From: Burkholderiales bacterium
GTDB taxonomy: Bacteria; Pseudomonadota; Gammaproteobacteria; Burkholderiales; SG8-39
DNA: 32,520 nucleotides
NCBI GenBank assembly: GCA_005777205.1
Contig: SXNB01000259.1
Coordinates: 1 to 32,520 of the forward strand
Direction: 5' to 3'
The translations under genes were made by a program, and so were the position numbers. Shown here piece by piece: positions 7,331 through 15,136 of this stretch. The first letter of the stretch is position 1. Every line of letters starts with the position of its first letter. Under the pieces are notes generated by a model, which was given only the letters and a program-made list of their open reading frames with translations, was not told the origin of the DNA and searched no databases.

Positions 7331-8460
7331 CAGCGCACGCGCAGGTTGCCGGCCGGGTCGATGAAGTACGTTCCCGGCTGTAGGGCGCGCGCCTCCTCCA
7401 CCGTTTTCACCCTGCGCGCCGACTTGCGCAGCGCTTCCAGGCGCGCCTGCTCCTCGCTGGCGTTGATCTGCTCGGCCTCGGCGGTCACGTCATCGGCCGT
7501 CGGCGCCACCGGCTCCGGAGCCCCGCCACGGTTGGCGATGTTGACGTAGTAGCCGATGCGCTCATCCACGTCCTTCTTCAGCGCCGCCGGATCATTCCGG
7601 TACTTCGGCCGGTTGGACTCCATCAGTTCTTGCTCGACTTCGCGCACCAGCGCCGGCGTCACGTTCGACTTTCGCGACTGCTCCAGCACTTCCTTCTCGC
7701 TGATCCCGCGCACGTCCGCCTCGTACTGCGTGTTGCGCTCGAACGCGCTCGGACCACTCGCGGCGTCCGGCTTCGCCTCCAGCGGCGTGCCGTCCGGCCC
7801 CAACACCGGGCGATACTGAATCGCCCCGTTCGAGCCGATGTACGAATCGAAGTAGCCCAGCTTTCCGTCCGGTCGCAACCCCGTGATCCGCGGCCGAGGT
7901 GCAGCGGCGCCGGCCTGGCGGGCCTGTACGCCGCGCAGCTTCGCGGTAGCCCTTGCCGCCTCGGCATCCGCATCGTTTTCTTTCGCGCCAGCCAGGCGCT
8001 CGGTCGCCAGCGCCTGGACCGCGCTCGACTCACCCAGGATCGGATTGGTTTCGCCTGAAAAACGTTTGTAGGCCACGCCGCCGGACATGCCCACCGGATC
8101 CACGTCCCGCCCACCCAGCGCCATCACCCGCTCCGCCGGCGTGGCGAGCTGCGCCGTCTCGCGCTGGATCGCGCGCTCCTTCAAGAAGTCCGTCAGCGCG
8201 CCCACCACATGCCGCGGCTGGTCGGAGCTGTTGAACAGGTTCTTGTAGAGATCCAGATCGTCGGCCGGCCCGAGCTGCGGCGCGGGCAGCGCGCTGATCC
8301 CTTCGGGGCTGCGAAACACCGCCGAGTTGCCCTGCTGCGAGACGCCAGGGGCATCCGGCAGCGCGGATACCCCCTGCCGCTCCAGCAGCAGCTTGGCGGC
8401 CTCGAACGCACTGCGCCGGCGCTGCGCCCCGGGATTGATGAAGTCGAAGTAGCCGGCCAT
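7330..8460 (-). CDS. Hypothetical virion protein (376 aa), a candidate internal/ejection protein
   Basis: The ATG at 8460 follows the TAA of the upstream gene after a 2-nt gap. Its stop overlaps the giant gene's start. I recognised no motif. Confidence 0.75.
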   Translation of the reverse strand: MAGYFDFINPGAQRRRSAFEAAKLLLERQGVSALPDAPGVSQQGNSAVFRSPEGISALPAPQLGPADDLDLYKNLFNSSDQPRHVVGALTDFLKERAIQRETAQLATPAERVMALGGRDVDPVGMSGGVAYKRFSGETNPILGESSAVQALATERLAGAKENDADAEAARATAKLRGVQARQAGAAAPRPRITGLRPDGKLGYFDSYIGSNGAIQYRPVLGPDGTPLEAKPDAASGPSAFERNTQYEADVRGISEKEVLEQSRKSNVTPALVREVEQELMESNRPKYRNDPAALKKDVDERIGYYVNIANRGGAPEPVAPTADDVTAEAEQINASEEQARLEALRKSARRVKTVEEARALQPGTYFIDPAGNLRVR

Positions 8461-8462
8461 GT

Positions 8463-9005
8463 TTAGCCCATCGTGGCGGCGGAGCCACTGTTGCCGATGC
8501 CGACGCTGAAGCCGCGCCCGCTGCTGCTGCTGCTGCTGCCCTTGCCGCCGAAGTAGATGTCAGCCAAGGCCATGAGGTCTTCCAGGTCGCGGCGCGCATT
8601 CGCCGACTGCGAGTCGTACAGCTTGGCGTTCTCGCCAGCGGCGATCTGCGCCAGGATCGCTTCCGTCTCCTTGCTGATCGCGTCGATCTGTGCGGCCGCG
8701 TCCTGGTCGGCGAGCTGATTCGCGCGCAGCTGCTGGAAAGTCGTCAGGCTCGGATCCGCGCCGATGCGCTCGCCGGCCTGCTGGCGGGTGCGCTCTACTG
8801 CGGCCGTTCGCGTGGCCCCCGCACCGCCGATGCTCCGCAGCTGCTCGGGCGTCAGCTGCGCATAGCTGACATCCGCGGTTCCGGTCTTCGCCACCTCGCC
8901 GAGCCGTCCACCGCTGAGGCGGTCGATCTCACTGAAATAGCCGGTCACCTGTTGGGGCGTCAGCGGCTTGCTGCTGCTGCTGCTCTTGCTCTTTCCGACT
9001 GACAT
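8463..9005 (-). CDS. Hypothetical virion protein (180 aa) with Ser runs and Gly-Lys motifs at both ends
   Basis: The ATG at 9005 has GGAG/GAGGG 8-12 nt upstream. The N-terminus is MSVGKSKSSSSSK and the C-terminus is FGGKGSSSSSSGRG. The central part is a Gln/Ala-rich helix. Confidence 0.8.
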   Translation of the reverse strand: MSVGKSKSSSSSKPLTPQQVTGYFSEIDRLSGGRLGEVAKTGTADVSYAQLTPEQLRSIGGAGATRTAAVERTRQQAGERIGADPSLTTFQQLRANQLADQDAAAQIDAISKETEAILAQIAAGENAKLYDSQSANARRDLEDLMALADIYFGGKGSSSSSSGRGFSVGIGNSGSAATMG

Positions 9006-9460
9006 TGCTTTGCCCTCGCTCCGCTACGAAACATCCACCGAATCCGCCCATCGCGCTTGCGCAGATGCGCGCTGAAGCTGGCGGCGGTCGGGTTGACCTG
9101 AATGGTCAAATTGAACAGTCCGCGATACACATGTCCTGGCGCCCAGGGAGCCGTCACGGTCGCAGCGATGTGAACGTGCGGCCCCGCCGTCAAGGGGACC
9201 ATCACGCTGCCGCGGATCAACTCGGCGTGATCGGGATCACGCAACCTCGCCAGGCCCGCGTCGTCCGTGCAGTACCACCCCTGCCACCCCAACAGCTTTC
9301 CCTCGCTCGCCAACATGCCCCACTGGCCGGACTTCAACAGCCAGAGGAAATGCAGCCGGTGAACCTCCGGATCGTCGCGCTCGAACGGATGGCCCGGCCG
9401 CGTGTACAGCTGCGCCAGTAACCGCGCCATCCGCTCGAACGCTTCGACCGATCCGGTCAC
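8960..9460 (-). CDS. Hypothetical 166-aa protein with weak resemblance to HlyC/CyaC-type toxin-activating acyltransferases
   Basis: The ORF starts at a GTG at 9460, with an alternative ATG at 9430. It uses more TTG/TTA/AAT/ATT codons than its neighbours. Its 3' end overlaps the next gene by 46 nt. See the findings for the collinear motif resemblance. Confidence 0.55.
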   Translation of the reverse strand: MTGSVEAFERMARLLAQLYTRPGHPFERDDPEVHRLHFLWLLKSGQWGMLASEGKLLGWQGWYCTDDAGLARLRDPDHAELIRGSVMVPLTAGPHVHIAATVTAPWAPGHVYRGLFNLTIQVNPTAASFSAHLRKRDGRIRWMFRSGARAKQCQSERARAAAAASR

Positions 9461-9462
9461 GA

Positions 9463-9876
9463 TCAGACCACGTCGTCGTTGATGTAGCCGCGCAGGATCA
9501 CCAGGAACTTCGCCGCGTCCAGCGCGTTGTTCGCCAGGACGTACAGCTCCTTCTCCGACAGCGGCTTGCCGGCGACGTAGGCCTCCGTCCCGGCGCGGGC
9601 CACCAGGCCCAGCGCGCCGTTGAGGTTGCCGCCGTCGAGCAGGCCATCCGGATCGGTTGTGTCACCAATGTCGATCGTCGCCGTGCCGCCCTCGGCAGTC
9701 AGCAACAGCACATCAGTTCCCTCGTGCACGAAGCCCTTGGGGGTCTTGACGAACAGCGCCGAATCGCCGCTGGCGATGTTGATCGCGGCGGTATCGATCA
9801 GCGTGGGGATTTCGACTCGGCGGGACGACTGCGGACGGTTCTTCCCGACGCGATCGCGGATATCAACGATAGCCAT
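9463..9876 (-). CDS. Hypothetical virion protein (137 aa)
   Basis: The ATG at 9876 has AGGAG 7 nt upstream. The composition is beta-rich. Confidence 0.8.
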   Translation of the reverse strand: MAIVDIRDRVGKNRPQSSRRVEIPTLIDTAAINIASGDSALFVKTPKGFVHEGTDVLLLTAEGGTATIDIGDTTDPDGLLDGGNLNGALGLVARAGTEAYVAGKPLSEKELYVLANNALDAAKFLVILRGYINDDVV

Positions 9877-9918
9877 AGCATTACTCCTGAGAAACGATTA
9901 CCCCTGTCGGGGCGGGGA

Positions 9919-10137
9919 TCACAACAACACCAGGCGCACATCTGCGCTGGCGGTCGGGATGAGGATCAGGGTCTGGCGCGTATCTGCGGCCGGATCCTGG
10001 ACGTGGAAAGCGACCGGCGCGGTCTGGTAGATCACCAGCCAGCCCTCGATCTGTCGCCCAAGCCCGTGCGCGATCTGGACCTGTTGGCCGGCGACCACGG
10101 ACAGCGCAATGGCATCGGTGGCGAGCTTCGGGATCAT
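9919..10137 (-). CDS. Hypothetical small virion protein (72 aa)
   Basis: The ATG at 10137 shares one base with the upstream stop (TGATG). It is co-directional with the tail genes. Confidence 0.6.
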   Translation of the reverse strand: MIPKLATDAIALSVVAGQQVQIAHGLGRQIEGWLVIYQTAPVAFHVQDPAADTRQTLILIPTASADVRLVLL

Positions 10138-10613
10138 CAGGTCGCCATCTGTCCCGCCGATCGCTCGGCGTTAAGCAGCTCGTTGAGCTTGTCGCGGATC
10201 GCCGTGACCTCGGCCTGCGTCGGCGGATTGCTGATCGCGCCAGCCAGGCTGGCCACAACCGCCGCCTGTTTGACCAGGCCCAGTTCACCCGGCGTCGCCG
10301 CCTTGTCGTTCACCACGCAATCCTTGCCGCCGCTCTTGACGCTGCCGGAAGCAGAAATGGATGCGGCGGTCACGCCGGCGACGAACACGCCGGTCTGTCC
10401 GATCACGGCGCCGCTAGAAGTGATCTCCGGTGCAGCAATCGGGCCGGTGTAACTGCCTCCAGATCGTGGCACCACCTCGCCGGAGATCGCGCCACTGCCG
10501 ATCGAGCCGCCGACGATCTGCTCGCCCGTGATGTTCGAGAGCGCGTTGGCGATCAGGTTGAAGTTGAAAATGATGTCTTCCAGGCTGCGGACTTCACGCA
10601 GAACGATTGCCAT
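10137..10613 (-). CDS. Fibre-like virion protein (158 aa)
   Basis: The ATG at 10613 overlaps the upstream TAA (TAATG). The middle is Gly/Ser-rich. The C-terminal segment PPTQAEVTAIRDKLNELLNAERSAGQM resembles the helical tails seen in many phage fibre or decoration proteins. Confidence 0.7.
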   Translation of the reverse strand: MAIVLREVRSLEDIIFNFNLIANALSNITGEQIVGGSIGSGAISGEVVPRSGGSYTGPIAAPEITSSGAVIGQTGVFVAGVTAASISASGSVKSGGKDCVVNDKAATPGELGLVKQAAVVASLAGAISNPPTQAEVTAIRDKLNELLNAERSAGQMAT

Positions 10614-11962
10614 TACTGTCGCCCCCGAATGGATGGCTTGAAGCCGGTCAATTCCACCCGACCAGCGCAGGAAATCAGATGCTCGAACCGATGGCCCGCC
10701 ATGTAGATCGGGATCTCGTGTCGCGTGGGCTTGCCGTTCGGATCGAGGATCGAGCCGTCCCAGAGCTGCGAGAACGGCGATCCGGCGGCGGCGCCAGGCA
10801 CAGTGGTTTCCACCGACAGATCGTCCACCACCGCGGTATAGGTCACCGGCGCGTCAGGCTCGCCGATCGCCTGGAGAAACACCCGCTCCAGGAGCGCACG
10901 GCGATCCGTCGATTCTGGCCAGGTCGCCAGCAAAGTGGTGACGCGGCGGGCCGGGCCGGCCAGCGGCGTATCGACGCCATCGCTGCGGTTGCAAATCCAG
11001 ATGCCGTCATCGCCATACCAGCCGAAGTGATTGCCCAGCGTGATGACGCCGCGCACCGATTCGACGATCTCGCCGATCTCGAAGCTCGACGTATGGATCA
11101 CGAAGAGACGGCTGCGGATCACCAGGAGCAGGAACCGCCCATCCGGGCTCAACGAAATATGCGCGCTGCTGTCTGGCACCTCGAAAGCCTTATCCAGATT
11201 GTTGCCGCCCAGGTGGCCATCGCTGCCCACCTCATGAACGCCCACCGCCGAGACGTAGAACAGCCGCGTCCCGTTGCCATCCAGGCCACGCGGCCCGGCC
11301 ACGCCACGCTGGCGCACCAGGTAGTCATGCGACCAGTTGAACTGGCTGTCGCCGGCGATCTGCCACAGCGCCCGGAGCGAACCGACAGCGAGATACCCTT
11401 CCTGGGCGCACAGCGCCGTCAGCGAGCTGCGGTCGCCGGACTGCAGCTCGACCGTGAACGTCGGATCCCAGTAGTGCGGCCGATCGTTGTCCGAATGTTG
11501 CGCCCGATTCCCCGCGTGGATCACCCACAGCCGATTGCGGAAGGTCTCGACAGCGGAAGCGATCGGAACCGGATACGGCGCACCGGCCGGGTCCAGGAGA
11601 TCGTTGGCGAACGTCCTGCGCTGATAGCCGAGCAAGGGGTCGTGCACCACGTACCAGAGCGGATTCGCGCCATCGGCCACATACAGCCGGTCTTCGCGCT
11701 CGGCGTTGCCAATCAGGGCCTGGAATGCGGTCGCATCGAGGCTGACACCCGAGTCGCCAATCGGATGCTCGATCTGATCCCACAACACGCACTCAGTGCC
11801 GCGATAGAACAAGATGCGCTTGTCCCACTCCACCGCCGCACTGACCGGGCCGGATACGATCTGCGTCGCCCCGGGGCGACTCGCAAAATGTCCCGGCCAG
11901 ATCGGGAGTGCATTGTCCATGCGCCGGAACGTCTCGGGTTTGTAGCGGAGCGAGAGCGTCAT
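10613..11962 (-). CDS. Tail structural protein (449 aa), function unassigned
   Basis: The track ORF extends to 12145. The ATG at 11962 forms an ATGA overlap with the stop of the upstream gene (11959-11961), which I take as the real start (MTLSLRYKPETF...). The sequence is beta-rich and repetitive (LWYVV, LWVIH, LFYVS, LFVIH). Confidence 0.8.
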   Translation of the reverse strand: MTLSLRYKPETFRRMDNALPIWPGHFASRPGATQIVSGPVSAAVEWDKRILFYRGTECVLWDQIEHPIGDSGVSLDATAFQALIGNAEREDRLYVADGANPLWYVVHDPLLGYQRRTFANDLLDPAGAPYPVPIASAVETFRNRLWVIHAGNRAQHSDNDRPHYWDPTFTVELQSGDRSSLTALCAQEGYLAVGSLRALWQIAGDSQFNWSHDYLVRQRGVAGPRGLDGNGTRLFYVSAVGVHEVGSDGHLGGNNLDKAFEVPDSSAHISLSPDGRFLLLVIRSRLFVIHTSSFEIGEIVESVRGVITLGNHFGWYGDDGIWICNRSDGVDTPLAGPARRVTTLLATWPESTDRRALLERVFLQAIGEPDAPVTYTAVVDDLSVETTVPGAAAGSPFSQLWDGSILDPNGKPTRHEIPIYMAGHRFEHLISCAGRVELTGFKPSIRGRQ

Positions 11963-12423
11963 GGGCTGTACACGTAGGACAGTGTTACGCTGAAGTCCTT
12001 CTGGACGGTATCGGCCCCAAGCCGGACGATGACCCGCCAGTTCGCCGTCTCGGACTGGTTGCGATCCAGAAGCGCGCGAAAAGTCGCCCCGCTCGCCTGC
12101 GGGTTCACGATAGAGATCAGAGTGCTTCCGCTGAGGTAAACCCACTCGACCGACAGGCTGAATCCATCGCCGCCGATCGCCCCCGTTGCCAGTGTCATTT
12201 CCACCTCGGTCTCCAGCGGGCAGGAAACGGGAAACCCACCGCCTGGGCAGGTGACCGCATTGGAGTTGACGGAGTCAATGAGGAGCCGGAGCTTGCGGAA
12301 TACGACGCGGTTCTCGCCGCCCACGCGGCGCAGGATCGTGCGGATTTCCTGCCACGCTCCACCCGAGCGATACAGCACCCGACTGATCCTGCGTTGATTG
12401 ACGCCCTGGCGGATCCGGATCAT
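11959..12423 (-). CDS. Hypothetical tail protein (154 aa)
   Basis: The ATG at 12423 forms an ATGA overlap with the upstream stop. It is co-directional with its neighbours. Confidence 0.75.
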   Translation of the reverse strand: MIRIRQGVNQRRISRVLYRSGGAWQEIRTILRRVGGENRVVFRKLRLLIDSVNSNAVTCPGGGFPVSCPLETEVEMTLATGAIGGDGFSLSVEWVYLSGSTLISIVNPQASGATFRALLDRNQSETANWRVIVRLGADTVQKDFSVTLSYVYSP

Positions 12424-13169
12424 TCGAAGATCATCCAGATATCGCCATCCTCGCCATCGCCCGGGTCGGGCACCACATTGGTCACCGTCAGCTTTCCGTA
12501 CACCTGGCCACCATTGGCGCAGAAGGAAGGCGCATTAACCTGCCCGGTGAAGTCATCCCCGGCCTGGTTCGCTGGCGTGTAACCCAAAGCCTCCAAGACG
12601 CGCTCCTCGGTCACCACGCTGTTCGTAACCAGCGCGCCATCGATCAGGTTGATGACCACGCCGTCCAGCGCGCTGGTCAGGCCGGCGCCCTCATCGTCCA
12701 GCGTAAGGTTCACCGTCGTGACCGTGCCGTTCCAGCTGCGGCTGGCCACCTCGCCATACACGAAGGCGCCCGCCAGGCTGGCGCGCACGCGCGTGCCGAC
12801 CAGAAGCGTCGTCGTGATGTCCGCGGGCACCGTGAAGGTGTCCTCGTCCACATAGGCCACCGAGGGCGCGATCGCCTGCGTCTGCGGCGAATTGAAACGC
12901 TGGTTCGCCCACGTCAACAAACGATTGAGCAGGCCCACCAGTGTCTTGCGCCCCTGCGCGTCCTCGGGGAGATCCTCGTCGGCGAAATAGGTCAGCCAGA
13001 AGCTGATCGTCGTGGGGTCCGCGGCAAGGCGATCCGCCGTGTCCTCGCCGGGCATCAGGACGCTGGCGAGCAGATCCTGGAAATCCTGGTTCTGCGGCTG
13101 CTGTCCGATCGCGAACGGCGAATCCACATTGCCCGCCAGCTCCTGCCGCGTCCTGATCTCGCCCGTCAC
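12420..13169 (-). CDS. Tail fibre-like protein (249 aa)
   Basis: The GTG at 13169 forms a GTGA overlap with the upstream stop. The C-terminal part LGYTPANQAGDDFTGQVNAPSF...GDGEDGDIWMIFE resembles common phage tail-fibre repeat motifs. Confidence 0.75.
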   Translation of the reverse strand: MTGEIRTRQELAGNVDSPFAIGQQPQNQDFQDLLASVLMPGEDTADRLAADPTTISFWLTYFADEDLPEDAQGRKTLVGLLNRLLTWANQRFNSPQTQAIAPSVAYVDEDTFTVPADITTTLLVGTRVRASLAGAFVYGEVASRSWNGTVTTVNLTLDDEGAGLTSALDGVVINLIDGALVTNSVVTEERVLEALGYTPANQAGDDFTGQVNAPSFCANGGQVYGKLTVTNVVPDPGDGEDGDIWMIFE

Positions 13170-14008
13170 GGAAGCACCTCGAAATAGTTTTGCTGGCCGA
13201 ACGGCGCCGTCCCGTCGTCAACCAAGAGGTAATCGCCGGTGGAAAGGATCATCTCGAAGCCCACGCCCTCGATGCTCGCGGGCACCAGCACCTCCACCGC
13301 CGTGGCCGTGGAGGAATTGGCGAGCCCCTGGACGTCGCCGTCCAGTTCGTCGCGCCAACGATGAATCACCGGCACCTCGTGCGCCTCCGTCTTCGCCGCG
13401 CGCAGCTGCTCGCGATACCGGGCCTCGAACGTCGCGGCGTCCTGCGACAGCTGCTCGCGGTCGAAATGGCGGCCATACATGCCGATCACGCCATTGACGA
13501 TCAGCGGCTCCCACTCATGCGGAACGATCGCAATGTGAATCGGCCGCTGGTAGAGCACACGGAACGAAATCGGCTGGCTCGGCGCCGGCCACAGGTGCAC
13601 GCGCTTGCCAGCCTCCAATGCGTAATGCGTGCACTCGCGCGCGGCGTTCGGCCGGTTGCAGGCCGCGGCCTGGGCGCGCAGGTCCGTGATGTGCGACAGC
13701 GTCGTAAGGCGCAGGCGCCGCGGCGCATAGATCGACACCACGCGATCCAGATGGCCCTTCAGGTCGATGATGTCCTGCCCGGCCTGGATCGTTGCCGACT
13801 TCAGGTTGTCGAGGAACCACCAGCGGTGGCCCATCGCGGAAATGCGGAGCGTCTGGTCGGTCCAGCGCTCCACCTTGCGGAAGAATTCTGCGTGCTGCGG
13901 GTTGTCGCGGTTGAGCACCCCGACATGAAAGATCAGATCCGAAATATCCTGCGCCACGCGATCGATTCGCGTGTGATCGGCGACAGGGAACGGAAGCGGC
14001 AAGGTCAT
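13166..14008 (-). CDS. Hypothetical head-tail joining or adaptor candidate (280 aa)
   Basis: It is the first gene after the capsid gene hairpin. The ATG at 14008 has GAGG about 10 nt upstream. The functional call is by position only. Confidence 0.7.
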   Translation of the reverse strand: MTLPLPFPVADHTRIDRVAQDISDLIFHVGVLNRDNPQHAEFFRKVERWTDQTLRISAMGHRWWFLDNLKSATIQAGQDIIDLKGHLDRVVSIYAPRRLRLTTLSHITDLRAQAAACNRPNAARECTHYALEAGKRVHLWPAPSQPISFRVLYQRPIHIAIVPHEWEPLIVNGVIGMYGRHFDREQLSQDAATFEARYREQLRAAKTEAHEVPVIHRWRDELDGDVQGLANSSTATAVEVLVPASIEGVGFEMILSTGDYLLVDDGTAPFGQQNYFEVLP

Positions 14009-14032
14009 GGTCGGTTCGCCTCACAAAGCAAC

Positions 14033-14071
14033 CGGGGAGCGACGGACGCCCTACACATCCGCCGATCCCCG
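14033..14071 (-). terminator. Imperfect 12-bp hairpin just downstream of the major capsid gene. Possibly a leaky terminator or an mRNA-stabilising stem.
   Basis: CGGGGA-g-CG-a-CGGA [11-nt loop] TCCG-c-CG-a-TCCCCG. On the minus strand it is followed by GTTGCTTTGTG, which is only partly U-rich. Confidence 0.35.
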
Positions 14072-14101
14072 ATGCTGTTCATGGGCTGGTTCCCGGGCCG
14101 A

Positions 14102-15100
14102 TCAGGTGAAGACGATCTTGCCGTTCATGTTGCGTCGCTTGGTGTAGATCGACGCATAGACCAGGCAGTTGCGGGCCTTGGCTTCCTTGCCCTTGACCTT
14201 CTCCCAGGCGGTCATCGTGAAGTTCGTCCCCTTGTGGATGCGGATCGGGGTGTTCTTCGTGTTGATCGCCCAGCCTTCCTTTGCCGCCAGCGTGGCATCG
14301 TAGATGTAGGTCTTGCCCTTGTTGTCCTTGAAGCTCAGGCCCGAGCCGCCGGTCTTGGAACCGGAATCAACCAAGGTCACCTGGACCTTGCCCTCCCAGT
14401 AATCCAGCTGCTTGTCGAACAGATCCTCGCCACAGACCATCAGATCCGGTTCCTGGCCCTGGTAGGCGCACTTGCGGAACAGTGAGCGCAGGCCCAGGCG
14501 CATTTCCGTCGCCAGCGAATACTGGCCGCCGCCGGTCTTGACGCCGGACTGCGGCGCCCAGTAGCCGAAGCCAGCTGCCGCCGGATCGATGCCGCCGCAA
14601 GCCAGCGTCGGGTTCATGATGCGACCCAGGCCGGTGAACTGGCGGCCGTCCGCAAGCTGGCTGCCCATGATCCGCGTGTTGAAGAAATTGTTCATCGACT
14701 CCTTCAGCTGCGTCGCCTTGGTTTCCACCAGGTCCACCAGCTGCTCAGGGCCGGAGTTCTTCACCAGCTCCTCGCGGGAGTACATCTGCGTACCGATGAT
14801 GTGGCCGTAGGGGAATTTCGCCTCTTCGAGCCCATCCTGCGGCGTCATATCGACGTCGTCGTAATGGGTGAAGTCCTTGACCGTACTGTTCTCCTTGACC
14901 AGCAGCTTGACGGGCACATACAGGCCGATCGAGTCGCGCAGCTCGATGCGATCGTTCTCCTCGTAGTACTTCCACAGCGGGTGCTCGATGGTGAGGTGCG
15001 AGACGACTTCCTTGTCCATCTCGTCCATCGTCGCGATGAACAGGTCATCGACGTCCTCGACGCCGGCGAAAAGCGGTACACCAGATTGGCTAAGCGACAT
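14102..15100 (-). CDS. Major capsid protein (332 aa, presumed HK97 fold)
   Basis: The ATG at 15100 has GGAG 8 nt upstream. It sits immediately downstream of the scaffold-like gene and is followed by a hairpin. Size and composition are typical of podovirus-type coat proteins of about 330-345 aa. The call rests on position and composition, not on a diagnostic motif. Confidence 0.75.
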   Translation of the reverse strand: MSLSQSGVPLFAGVEDVDDLFIATMDEMDKEVVSHLTIEHPLWKYYEENDRIELRDSIGLYVPVKLLVKENSTVKDFTHYDDVDMTPQDGLEEAKFPYGHIIGTQMYSREELVKNSGPEQLVDLVETKATQLKESMNNFFNTRIMGSQLADGRQFTGLGRIMNPTLACGGIDPAAAGFGYWAPQSGVKTGGGQYSLATEMRLGLRSLFRKCAYQGQEPDLMVCGEDLFDKQLDYWEGKVQVTLVDSGSKTGGSGLSFKDNKGKTYIYDATLAAKEGWAINTKNTPIRIHKGTNFTMTAWEKVKGKEAKARNCLVYASIYTKRRNMNGKIVFT

Positions 15101-15136
15101 GACTATGCTCCGAAATTGATTGACGGTCCGTCGCGA

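Noticed and set aside
10607-11977. Long plus-strand ORFs antisense to the virion, packaging and replication genes. Examples are 2084..2815, 3272..4123, 4190..4960, 9724..10452, 10607..11977, 13190..14485, 14801..16105, 22439..24097, 24027..24779, 24789..26135, 28612..29643 and 29719..30780.
   Set aside because: They lie opposite minus-strand genes with recognisable motifs (TerL, portal, capsid, primase and others). They are extremely Arg/Ala/Pro/Gly/His-rich, lack ribosome-binding sites, and are not linked by start/stop coupling. These are typical shadow ORFs of high-GC DNA.
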